From positions 124,682,001 to 124,746,000 of the forward strand of contig OZ024745.1 in the NCBI GenBank assembly GCA_964016885.1: a stretch of 64,000 bases of DNA, written 5' to 3'. Positions 44,207 to 57,054 of the stretch are shown piece after piece (the first letter of the stretch is position 1; every line of letters starts with the position of its first letter). The notes below the pieces were generated by a model. It was not told the origin of the DNA. It was given only the letters and a program-made list of their open reading frames with translations, and made no database searches. Source of the DNA: Eledone cirrhosa (lineage: Eukaryota). The translations under genes were made by a program, and so were the position numbers.

Positions 44207-44691
44207 AAACGGAAAAAATGCAACGAAATTTCATTTCTCACTCTTAGTACGGCTATTACTTAAATATAAGTATGTATACGTACATACATATATGTATACA
44301 GACGTACAGTAGTATGTATATATATACATACATGCACACATATATATATGTACGTATGGATTCACCGAACATTTATTATAATGTTCGGTGTGTTTGTAAA
44401 CAAACATCCCGAATTAAGCCGTACAGTGTCTAGCAACCATCGCTGTTCATTTGTTCAACCCTGACAAAGGAACGCTGTACTAGTTTCAAGCTTATTAGCT
44501 ATCGTCAGCAACGTATACCTTCCTGCCAGATGATTGAACGTCTGAAAGTATATACTTTCCTTATGGATATTAACGGCTCAGCAGCCTAATTTGCATATCA
44601 AGTGAGTTAATCGGCCAGGCGCACCGAAAACGACAAACGGAAAAAATGAAACGAAATTTCATTTCTCACACTTAGTACGGCTGTTACTTAA
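44207..44691 (-). mobile_element. Retrozyme-like element: 428-bp monomer plus about 55-bp terminal redundancy
   Basis: aaacggaaaaaatg..ttacttaa repeated at 44207 and 44635; one HHR; no ORF. Confidence 0.75.
44472..44514 (-). ncRNA. Minimal type I hammerhead ribozyme
   Basis: Same as 10319-10361. Confidence 0.85.
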
Positions 44692-45439
44692 AAGCGGGGA
44701 ATAAAAAATACAGACTTACATTATTTGTTATTAAGACCGGACACCATGCTGTGGCGCATAGAGTTAAGACCCTTGCCATTCTGAGTTCAAATCCTGCCGA
44801 AGTTAACTTTGGCTTTCATCCTTACGAGGTCGATAGAATAAAGCACCAGTAATGCAGTGGGTAATTGCTGGCCTTGTGCCAAAAGCAGAGACACTTATTT
44901 TAACCCTGAAAATATAATTAACAATGTCGAGGATCAGTGTTCCAGTCGTTCGATAAACGGAACGGCCTGCTCTTAAAATTTACGGTCATGTGGTTGGGCC
45001 TCCTTTACCCATAATAGCCGAACACTAATGATTGAAACAAGTAAAAGTGTAAAAGAATAAACATTTATACACACACACATATCCATTTTTCGCTCTACCC
45101 CTCCTACACTCTCTTTGTCTTTCTCTCTCTATCTCTCCCTCTGTCTCCCTCTCTCGATATATATATATATAAACGGAAAAAATGAAACAAAATTTCATTT
45201 CTCACTCTTAGTACGGCTGTTACTTAAATATATGTATGTATACGTACATACATATATGTATACAGATGTAAAGTAGTATGTATATATATATACATGCACA
45301 CATATATATATATATATGTACGTATGGATTCACCGAACATTTATTATAATGCTCGGTGTGTTTGTAAAAAAACATCCCGAATTAAGCCGTACAGTGTCTA
45401 GCAACCATCGTTGCTCATTTGTTCAACACTGACAAAGGA

Positions 45440-45483
45440 ACGCTGTACTAGTTTCAAGCTTATTAGCTATTCGTCAGCAACGT
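45440..45483 (-). ncRNA. Minimal type I hammerhead ribozyme (1-nt insertion after core)
   Basis: Third copy, within element 45171-45503. Confidence 0.8.
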
Positions 45484-46956
45484 ATACCTTCCTGCCAGAT
45501 GATTTTTTCCGTTCATTTCCAGAGAACGTCTCTATGAACCACCTAAGAAAACATTAGTCTACGACTTCTTTTATATCATAAACGTGATTCTGTCTTTGCG
45601 TGTAATTGTTTGTCACCGCTCCTATTAATGACGTATTATATTCATTTTTTCCCGTTCTTTGCCAGGGAACGTTTCCACGAACCAAAGTATCGTCTTCCTG
45701 TCTTCCTCCGGTTGCAACGTTTTTTGAAATATCCACTTCTGCGTTTACAGATTGACTTTGTTAGTTTCAGAAGATACCGTTAAGGGTGGGTGAAAGCAGC
45801 GATTCTTTGCTTAAACTTTAATCTGTTATTTTAATAAATATTTGCTCTACGATTCTTATATATTTGATATATAATTATCCTTATCGAGCCCTCTTTGGAT
45901 TTTAGTCTTCAAATTTATTATTATTACTATTATATATATACGTATATATGTAATGTGTATATAATATATATATTTAATATATATAAATTATATGGTATAT
46001 ATATATATATATAACATATATATATGTATATATGACATATATATATATATATATATATATAAACATATTAATGCATGGTTCCTTAATTTTCGAGGGAGTC
46101 ACACTATTCAGATATGGTGTTTCTAGAGCATTTTAAAACATGGTGGATCCGATATTCTTTGTAGGCCTGAATACAGTCAATTTCCTCATTTGAAATGAAA
46201 GAATCGACTCCAGTGCCGGACTGGTAGGTCTTTATAAACCTAGAATGGATGAAAGGCAAAATTGATCTCTGTGGGATCTGAACTGAGAGAGCCGATGTGC
46301 GAAACGAATCTCGCAAATTTTTCTATCCGACTTTGTAACGACTCAACCAATTCGCCGCAAGTGTATAAATACATGTACTATAAAGAATAGTGTGCACTTG
46401 AGCGCAGATCTTATACATAGCTCATAAAATAGAGTGAATGCACATAGAAACGGAAGATTTATTTGCCTTCGGCTGTTACGCGGGTTCGAAACCTCTATCT
46501 CTTATGTAATCGGTATATATTTATTAGATTTATATTTACACTTAGTATATAAGGTTTATAGTATGATGCTGTCTGATTCTAATGATTTCCATGTTTGTAT
46601 TCAAAATTAGTTTCCTTGTATGGAAATTAGTTTCCAGTTATAATCTAAGTATATTTCAATCTATAATATCACCATTGTCTTGACATTCTTGTAGCTTATC
46701 TCGCTACCACCACTGCCAGTTTTAATCCCATGTATTATTACTGTAGAAACCATATTTCAATACATGTATAACAGGAACAAATTAATGAAAACAAAAGCCT
46801 GAGGATATAACTAATAAACAAATTTAGTTACAAAATCACACCTTAACATTAAACATCTATAATCTGAGACAAAATTCTTCATATTTTTATACCTCGTGTG
46901 ATAAATATTTTATTTTAAAAAGCTTTCTTTATTTAATATATATTATACTTATTATT

Positions 46957-47200
46957 ACAGAGGAGACTGAGGTTAGCTGGACATGCTCACCGACATCCAG
47001 AGTTGACATTGCACTCAGTGCTCCTGTGGGAGCCCCTACATGGACACACTGGAAGAGGAAGACCAAGGTTAACGTATGTTGATGCCCTAAGGACAGACAC
47101 TGGTCTATTGGAGACGCAGGACATGGCACCGATAATGAGGGACAGAGACCACTGGAGAGAACTCGTCCATGGATCTCGGGAATTTTACCCGCCCTAGTTA
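46957..47200 (+). pseudogene. RTE-clade 3' end
   Basis: RRLRLAGHAHRHPE..VLLWEP..GRGRPRLTYVD..DRDHWR then stop. Confidence 0.85.
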
Positions 47201-47481
47201 GATTATATGAATTTAATTATATATTTGTTTATATTTTATATAGTTATATATCTATATATTAAATATAATATATAAGTCTATATATACGGGGTAACAAATT
47301 ATTGTTATATGTAGTCCACTTAGGTGTTATTGATGATGAGAAAGCTAGACAGCCGTCTCATCTAATATAGACCACACAAATCCACTACAGTGATAAATCC
47401 TTCATCTGTCAGATAAAAACCGACTATTACGGCCACCTGACCTACATTGTTTAAAGACACCAGCTTATCTTTACACTAGAT

Positions 47482-47673
47482 ATAATTGTTTCTACTTTTG
47501 GCACAAGGCCATAAATTACCCAGTGCATTACTGGTACTTTATTTTATCGACCCCGTAAGGATGAAAGGTAAAGTTAACCTCGGCGGGATTTGAACTCAGA
47601 TCATAAAGGGAGGTAACTCTATGCTACAAAGCATGGTGTCCGACCCTCTACCAATACTGCCAATCCACTGCCT
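47482..47673 (-). mobile_element. SINE family A, full length
   Basis: Target site duplication tctttacactagatataat. Confidence 0.9.
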
Positions 47674-47934
47674 TGGTCTTTACACTAGATATAATACAGC
47701 CAACGACAGTTTTTACATGTCAATTTTATACATCTGCCTCATGTCAGCTAGTTTTACACGCTAAAATCCTAGATATACTATACTTCGCACCTAGATTGAT
47801 GTTGTGATTATTTCAAATAATTTATTGCTAGCATTGTTGATGTTGTTGTTATAGTTCTGACTGAATGCCATTACTACTACATATAGTAGCCTGTATATTC
47901 TTTTCATGCCTGTATATTTTCTTCATTCTCGCAA

Positions 47935-48040
47935 GCTCCGATGAACTGACTGGTTATAATTTTGTATTGGCGATCGAGTAACGTGAAAATAAGCGGATAG
48001 CGATCTCTAGACCTACCAGTTCAGAGAAACAATTGTCAGC
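47935..48040 (+). ncRNA. Hammerhead variant (CCGAUGA core) with long stem II
   Basis: gct CCGATGA actgactggt...accagttcaga GAAA caattg TC agc. Confidence 0.65.
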
Positions 48041-48204
48041 AATGAGATTAAAAACCTTTTTTGTATAGCAAACCGTGTCACTCTTCTTTCCTGATTTATT
48101 ATATATATATATTTATTATATAAAATATATATATATATATATATAACGAAGGAAATGTGGTAAGGAACCAGGTGGACCATAACGCACCAATATATATATA
48201 TATA

Positions 48205-48283
<79 letters not shown>

Positions 48284-48373
48284 TTATATATATATATATA
48301 TATATAATATATATATATATATACACTTATATATACTTATATATACACTTATATATATACACTTATATATACT

Positions 48374-48407
<34 letters not shown>

Positions 48408-48440
48408 ATATATATATATATATACACTTATATATATACT

Positions 48441-48538
<98 letters not shown>

Positions 48539-48712
48539 CTTATATATTATATTTAATATATAGATATATAACTATATAAAATATAAACAAATATATAATT
48601 AAATACATATAATATAAGTATAATATATATCTTAATATATATATAAGAAATTAGGATATATGTATATAAATGTATATTAAATATATATGTAAATAACATA
48701 TATATATTTAAT

Positions 48713-49640
48713 AGTCGTTGTGTTGTGGTGGAGGGCTTGCGTATACCAGTGTTCCCAAAATCGAAGGGTTACTCATAGTGGCAAGGTCAAGGTTAGACCA
48801 GATTGCACCGAATTAACCCAGAAGACCCCAACGATGGAATGGGTTGCAACACCCGCGGAAGAGGGCAGCACCAGCCGGGCTGCCATAAACAAGGCTGCCC
48901 TTTACAAATCAAACTTGGGTAGATTTGAACTGAGATCGGAAAAACCGGTTCAAGCTGTAACGATTCTGAGAAATCTGTATCTCACTTTAGATAAGAATAA
49001 TACAAAAAATCTGTGATGTCTTCTGTAGTGTAATCCCAGGTAGAACCACGACTTCTCTGAATTGAGAGATCACAGCTATGATACTATGGACATGTGGTTA
49101 GAATGTCTCAGGAAATAATCACTGGAGAGTCACTCCAGGTAGAGCCACAACTTCTCTGAATTGAGAGATCACAGCTATGGTACTATGGGCATGTGGTTAG
49201 AATGTCTCAGGAGATCAGAGAGTCACTCCAGGTAGAGCCACTACTTCTCTGAATTGAGAGATCAGAGCTCCGATACTATGGACATGACGTTAGAATGTCA
49301 CAAGAAAGAATCGCTGGGAAGATTTTACGGGCGAATCCAACAAGTAGGAGACCCAGGAGTAGACCCAGAGTAAGATAGTTAGATAACATCCATGAGCTTG
49401 GCTGGTCCCATCTGGGGATCCAGCTGGATCAGTTGGAGACGGTTGCTTCTGACAGGACCCGCTGGAGTGTGTGTTTGATGACTCTGCCCCCAACCATTCT
49501 CCCAGGAATAAGTGCAGAGAAGAAGAAGAAGAAGAAGAAGAAGAAGAAGAAGAAGAAGAAGAAGAAGAAGAAGAAGAAGAAGAAGAAGAAGAAGAAGAAG
49601 AAGAAGAAGAAGAAGAAGAAGAAGAAGAAGAAGAAGAAGA
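48713..49640 (+). mobile_element. Internally deleted RTE (Expander-like) element with internal triplication and (GAA)n tail
   Basis: 5' UTR-like gtggtggagggcttgcgt; three repeats encoding ERSQL(R)YYGHVVRM; RPRSRPR..DRTRW; GAA tract. Confidence 0.7.
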
Positions 49641-50075
49641 TGCTGTTGCTGCTGATGATGATGATGTGTTCTGATTCCATACTTCCTTTTAGTAAGTAAA
49701 GAAATGATGAACACATGTGTGACATGTTCTGTTTTCATTTACGATTCTAAATAAATAAAGCACAAAATAAAAGAACATAGCCTTAAGAATTGACTTCAGT
49801 GCGTATCAGTAATCTACTCATCATAAGAAAATCTATGTGCATCGACGAACCAATCGCATTAACACTTTCTGAAATATTTTTGATTTACTGGACTGTCTAC
49901 TCATCACTTTTTGTTAAATCAACGAATGGTTGACGTGATATAATTTTGCAGTGGTAATTGCAATCCTAAAGCAAGTGAAAATATATTTCGCGTCCAACCA
50001 GTAGATACTGAAAAGAAATCAAAAGTTGCAACGAAGAAAAGATACGGATATAATCGATACTAATTTCTCATTATT

Positions 50076-50128
<53 letters not shown>

Positions 50129-50133
<5 letters not shown>

Positions 50134-50547
50134 GAACGATCGACTTTCGTCAAATCGGACCGAGGGAACAATGTTTCCGTTGGTCTTTCCAATTGCTAAT
50201 ACTATCTATCGGTCGCAACTCCAGGTAGAAGGAGTAACGTGAAATAAAGTGTCTTGCTCAAGGACATAACGCATCGCCTGGTCCAGGAATCGAACTCACA
50301 ACCTTACGATTGCGAATCCAATTCTCTAACCACTCCGCCACACGCTTTATATATATAAATTGGATTCGCAATCGTAAGGTTGTGAGTTCGATTCCTGGAC
50401 CAGGCGATGCATTATGTCCTTGGGCAAGACACTTTATTTCACGTTGCTCCTTCTACCTGGAGTTGCGACCGATAGATAGTATTAGCAATTGGAAAGACCA
50501 ACGGAAACATTGTTCCCTCGGTCCGATTTGACGAAAGTCGATCGTTC

Positions 50548-50552
<5 letters not shown>
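50129..50552. mobile_element. Head-to-head inverted pair of SINE family B
   Basis: 50129-50322 is the reverse complement of 50358-50552; short TA centre. Confidence 0.9.
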
Positions 50553-50618
<66 letters not shown>

Positions 50619-50621
<3 letters not shown>

Positions 50622-51102
50622 ATAATGTTTGACCGCGACGGCAGGGCTCAAGCCGTTTCGTCGGGTATTTCTGGTCCACAAATGGCCGTCGAAACGGCTT
50701 GAGCTCTGCCGTCGGGGTCTTGAACGTTTCCTACTACCCACTTTACTACCCTAAGTATTGAGTACTCTGGTGCGTTCTGGTCCATCTGGTTCCTTACCAC
50801 AGCTCCTTCGTTATATATATATATATATATGAAAAGAGTCAGGACATTGACGGCGGAGCTCCGGCCGTTTCGGCAGCTAGATCTGTCGAGACGGTCGGAG
50901 CTCAGCCGTCGGGGTATATATATATATATAACAAAGAACAAAGTAAGTGTGGTGAGGAGCCAAATGGACCATAACGCACCAGAATACTCGATACTTAGGA
51001 TAGTAGAGTGGGTAACAGGAAAAGAGTCAGGACCCCCCAATGGCTGAGCTCCGGCCGTCTCGACAGATTTAGCTGCCGAAACGGCCGGAGCTCAGCCGTC
51101 GG
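50619..51102. mobile_element. Cluster of three palindromic elements
   Basis: Copies at 50619-50812, 50831-50914 and 50930-51102 separated by TA. Confidence 0.85.
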
Positions 51103-51122
51103 TTATATATACATATATATAT

Positions 51123-51173
<51 letters not shown>

Positions 51174-51259
51174 AAAACGGTTGTGTCTGTGAGTATGTAT
51201 ATACATATATATATATATAATAAAGATGAAATAAAGATGGTTATAATAGTTCCATATAT

Positions 51260-51320
51260 GTTGTTATACGTATTTCGAATACAAAATCATCCTGTGACAG
51301 ATGTGTTGTCTTCAGATAAA
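51260..51320 (-). ncRNA. Degenerate hammerhead motif
   Basis: CTGAAGA...GAAA tacgta TA; stems I and II imperfect. Confidence 0.5.
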
Positions 51321-51620
51321 AAATAAGGTACAATGATATGAGACAAAGGGACTTGTTCGTAGGATAGTGCTAAGTCAACATATGACATAAATATATGTGT
51401 TAAAACTATAGTAAGAAATAGATAGGAAAAGAGAAAAAAAGGAAAATGAAAGAGAAGAAAAAAAAGAAGGAAGAAGAGAGTGAGAGACCGAGAGAGAGAG
51501 AGACTTTTTTCAATTTGACAGCGTTCCTGATCAACAGCTGTAAATAACGGTTACTAAATAAATTGATGAGGTGTATGTACGAATATTATATATATATATA
51601 TGTGTGTGTTTATATATATA

Positions 51621-51681
<61 letters not shown>

Positions 51682-51682
51682 G

Positions 51683-51768
<86 letters not shown>

Positions 51769-51769
51769 G

Positions 51770-51809
<40 letters not shown>

Positions 51810-51908
51810 ACTGATCTGTAAGGGCCACTAGAAGAGGTAAATATTTATATTATATTTTTTAATGTATTTTGAAAAATTGATTGAATTTTACTTGTTCTGC
51901 TTATCTTA

Positions 51909-51950
<42 letters not shown>

Positions 51951-51968
51951 ATGTATATATATATATAT

Positions 51969-52109
51969 AGCGAGGGAAAAGTGGTAAGGAACCAGGTGGA
52001 CCATAACGCACCAAAGTACTCAATACTTAGGGTAGTAGAGTGGGTAATAGGAGTAAGTAAGACCCCGACGGCTGAGCTCAAGCCGTTTCGACGGCTAATT
52101 CTGTACAGA

Positions 52110-52112
<3 letters not shown>
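51969..52112 (-). mobile_element. Palindromic element truncated just past its centre
   Basis: Tail plus one arm, ending aattctgtacagaatt. Confidence 0.85.
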
Positions 52113-52168
<56 letters not shown>

Positions 52169-52180
52169 TCTGTACAGAAT

Positions 52181-52312
<132 letters not shown>

Positions 52313-52347
52313 CACATACACACACACACACATATATATATACATAT

Positions 52348-52379
<32 letters not shown>

Positions 52380-53594
52380 TAAAATATATATATTAAGACA
52401 CCAACGCATATATGTGTGGTCTTGTATATATATATAGTTTATTTGTCCATATAAACGCATTATTTGTTGTTATCGTTATTATTTTGATGCAGGACAGTCA
52501 ATCAGTGCAGACATGTTGCCCTGAACTTTGTGCACTTTGACATAAAAAAAAAAGAATATCAATTTCCTTTCGGCCTAACATTTTTTTCCCCATGAGAACC
52601 AAACAAAAGTCTTTATGTGGAATAGTGCCAAAAAATGTTTTTAAGAATTACACAATCTGCGCACCAGTTTATTTCCATACAATTTTATTTTCATTCACTT
52701 CTTTCGAGTAAAAATTAATTTTATTTTTAGAAAAATATTTACCTTTTTTAGCCACTGGAACAATTATTATGAACGATTATGATACTATTTCAGTATGATT
52801 AACATCCTACACAAACTCTTTCACTAATTTAATCCGAAATGAGATTATAGTTCATAATGTTATCTAGTTCAATTATATTCAATCTACGTGGTGTGGATTA
52901 CGAATGATCTCTATAATTACTACTGTTTCAAATTGCGTCAAATAGATATGGTTTCCTTTGTCGTTTTGCTATACGAGTCGTAAACCTCCCACAATAACAT
53001 TTACTCGTATTAATTAATGAAAGAAAATAAAATATTTATTGTTATGAATGTTTCCCTACTTTTGAAAATTTGACCGTAACTAAGATGCATCTCAATATTT
53101 CGACAATAACAATTTCAGATCTCAGTATGTACAAGATTATTTCAACACTTTCTGATTAAAACATCTGTGAATAAAGTTATGTTTATGATCATCAACATCC
53201 TTTTAATTCTCAACATCAACATTTAGAAATTAATTCTAATTGTTATTTTAAAAATATCGATTGCCTAAAATGACGAACTAGCTCAAAAATATATTTCAAC
53301 TTATATGATCATTGAATGATTAAATATATTTTCAAAACATTGTTGTAAAGTATCTGAGTAGAAAGGGTAATATAATAGAGCTGTCTATGCTTTTAAAGTC
53401 CCTGATGGCATGTTTTACTCTGTATAATAGCTGTATCTCAATTGAACATCCATATCTCCCGAAACATTCCAATACCACCTAGACATTTACGCGCGCACAC
53501 AAATACACACCTTGCTTATATATATAGAAACAGATGTATATGTATATATATATACATATGTGAGAAAAACCACAGACCCTCCATTTCAACAATA

Positions 53595-53630
53595 CTTTTG
53601 AAAAGCAGAAGAACTGCGAAACCGGTAAAG
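53595..53630 (+). ncRNA. Minimal hammerhead with U3-A8 core variant
   Basis: ctt TTGAAAA gcag-aagaa-ctgc GAAA ccgg TA aag. Confidence 0.7.
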
Positions 53631-54177
53631 GAACCAAATAAATATATATATATATTTTTTAAATAAGACTCCAGATGCATTTTCGAATTCATCTTTTTTT
53701 CTTTATACTTTAACACGTGTAGAACACCTCGGTTATTTTTCATTTTGTAAAAAAAAACCTTACTTTCTAATATATATATATACTAGCCGAATTGTAATAT
53801 ATCACATCAAGATTACATTATTAAATCTTATTCTTATTTTGTTTCTTGTAAATAATTTTTTTCAAAATATCAACTCTTGTGTGAATAGGCATCATATCTT
53901 GTCATTTATTTAAGGTTTAAATTTCATATCAATCGAAGGGAAAACATTATCAGCGATGATTTGTGCCCCCGGGTAACCCTTTCATTAAAATGAAATATAC
54001 TTATCCAAGTACCCTGGGCAAAGTAGTTTCAGAATATATTTGGTTATGGAGGTATATCTCCAAAACCATAGGAGTAGTTCGTGAAAAAACAAATAGACAG
54101 AAATACAACTTTATATATATATATATAGTAATAACAAATGTGAAGACTAAAATCCCAAGAGGGGTTGATAAGAATTA

Positions 54178-54224
<47 letters not shown>

Positions 54225-54409
54225 ACCCGTAGAGCAAATATTTCTTGTATGTACAGATTAAAGTTTAGTAAAGAATCGCTGTTTCACACTTTTACGGATC
54301 TTCTGAAACTGAGAAAAATCAATCTGTAGACGCAGATGTAAATATTTCACAGAAAATATGTTTTGCTTAAACTTAAATCTGTACTAATAATATATATATA
54401 TATATATAT

Positions 54410-54585
54410 AACGAAGGAAATGTTGTAAGGAACCAGGTGGACCATAACGCATACTTAGGGTAGTAGAGTGGGTAATAGGAACAAGTAAGACCCCGACGGC
54501 TGAGCTCAAGCCGTTTCGACGGCTAATTCTGGACTGAATTAGCCGTCGAAACGGCTTGAGCTCAGCCGTCGGGGTCTTACTTGTT

Positions 54586-54622
<37 letters not shown>

Positions 54623-54733
54623 CGAAGGAAATGTGGTAAGGAACCAAGTGGACCATAACGCACCAAAGTACTCAATACTTAGGGTAGTAGATTGGTTAAT
54701 AGGAACCAGTAAGACCCCGGTGTCTTACCGGTT

Positions 54734-54736
<3 letters not shown>
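54410..54736 (-). mobile_element. Two tandem palindromic elements (second centrally deleted)
   Basis: 54477-54590 is a perfect palindrome around tggact. Confidence 0.85.
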
Positions 54737-54812
<76 letters not shown>

Positions 54813-55140
54813 ATATATATATATATAGAGAGAGAGAATAGAAATGGCTGTGTAGTTGCTATTTAAGATAACTTAAAATGCAGTGGGACTACAAAGAAAG
54901 CAAGAGCAGGGGGGGGGGGTTCCTCATCAGTTGTCTACTGGGTGTCTCGGATATATCTACGCTTTAAAGACAAGACATCTAACGTCCAGGGCGTCTATAA
55001 CTGGATAAGTTATTGGGAAAACGAAGGAAGCAGGGAGGGAAATCAAAGGGGAAGAAAAGTGAAAACTAACAAAATAGCGAGAAAAAAAAAAAAAAAAATA
55101 TATATGTATATATATAAATATGTGTGTGTGTGTGCGTGCG

Positions 55141-55432
55141 TAGAGGCACATGGCCTGACCATGTGCCTCTACACACGCACACACACACAAGGGTGTCGTG
55201 GTAAGGGTGTCGTGGGTTCGATTCCTGGGTTGCGTGGTGTTTTCTTGAGAAAAAAAAAATTCATTTCATGTTTGTTCCAGTATGTTCATCTGAAAATGAG
55301 TACCAGCAATAGCTGGAGGTTTAGCCCTGTGGTGGACTGGCGTCCTGTCCATGGGGAAGTATTGTACTCTCAGTGACTTCATGCCATGAAACCGGGATTA
55401 GCACCGGCCAAATAAGCCTACTGGCTTGAGAC
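55141..55432 (+). mobile_element. tRNA-derived SINE, V-domain-like
   Basis: GGTTCGATTCC B-box; ccctgtggtggactggcgtcctgtcca; tcatgccatgaaaccggg. Confidence 0.65.
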
Positions 55433-55433
55433 A

Positions 55434-55479
<46 letters not shown>

Positions 55480-55518
55480 GAAAGGTATAGAAAGTATTGT
55501 AGCATATATATATATACT

Positions 55519-55580
<62 letters not shown>

Positions 55581-55753
55581 CATATATATCTATACACACA
55601 TATATATATATTTGAGAGTTAAACAAGATTCAATGAGTACATCAAAGAATGAGTTTTACAGTAGATTGAAAGCACTCTACAGGAAGATATTTTCCAGAGT
55701 TATTAATATTAAATTCAAATATTAATAAAATAGATGTTCTTATGATCAATTAA

Positions 55754-55819
55754 ATTTTATTATACATATTTCAGAGGTACTTGAATCAAGTTCAATAGTA
55801 CGTACTCATCAGATAAAAT
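55754..55819 (-). ncRNA. Type I hammerhead ribozyme
   Basis: attttat CTGATGA gtacgtactattgaacttgattcaagtacctct GAAA tatgta TA ataaaat. Confidence 0.75.
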
Positions 55820-56562
55820 AAAATGATACATGACTTACCCTGACATGTTAAATGGTTAAGATTTAATCAAGGTAGTGATTAACTTGTGAGAAAACTCAAT
55901 ATTTATACCGTACAAATGAGAACATGGGAAAACGTAATAGAATCAATAGAGAGGGTGTGAGTAAGAAAACTATTCCTTTAATGATATGAGAAATATATAT
56001 AACCATATGATATAATAAATTATAGATAAAATCCAGTACTTGATATCGAATTAGAATTATTAGGAATTTCTTTTATTGTTTTAGTAAGCCTGTGCCCATT
56101 TCATAATTTTCAAGTTTATAAGGGAAATGTTCAAATATCTTCATCTTCTAGTGTAATCAGTATTATAAAATTTTGAATATGTAAAATTACAAATGTCTTT
56201 AATAAATATATATTTACTCTCAGTTACATAAAAATTGCATATCAACAGCTGAATGGCTTAGAGAAAATAAATACTTCGAGTCAGCAAGAATAATATTATT
56301 TTAGACAAAGTAAACATTTAGATTTCATTTCATTCTTTTTTATTTTACCAATAATAAATTGATATGAAAATATGTTTTCTACCTATATTATTAAGATTAT
56401 GTTAAGCAGTATATTCAATTATCAGATATAGACTTAGATACTTTTTCAAAATGTGGGAAATGTATATATATCAGCACTTTATCTAAAGGTGATGTGTATC
56501 TAGTTGAAATTATAGTTGTAAATATTTGTTCTCGATGGGTTTATCTAGTGATTTTGTATTTC

Positions 56563-56668
<106 letters not shown>

Positions 56669-56713
56669 TATATATTTATCTATATATCTATATTCTTGTT
56701 CTTCTTCTTCTTC

Positions 56714-56757
<44 letters not shown>

Positions 56758-56960
56758 TGCATTTATCTTGCTTTATGTTTATACGAGTTATCACCAAGTC
56801 ACAACCAGTGACCTCAAGAGACAACAAGGTCCGCCATGTTCAAGAAAGAACACACATATTCACACATGCATCCTTAGTGTTTAGACTTGTGATGTACTTA
56901 TATTGACAGGATCTTCCTTAGTATATGGGCAGTTCCCATTAGTACTATCTTTTGTATTTC

Positions 56961-57047
<87 letters not shown>

Positions 57048-57054
57048 GTTGTTG

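Noticed and set aside
50225-50345. tRNA gene
   Set aside because: tRNA-like SINE head without a complete cloverleaf
54900-54945. CTGATGA on the minus strand
   Set aside because: No downstream GAAA or stems
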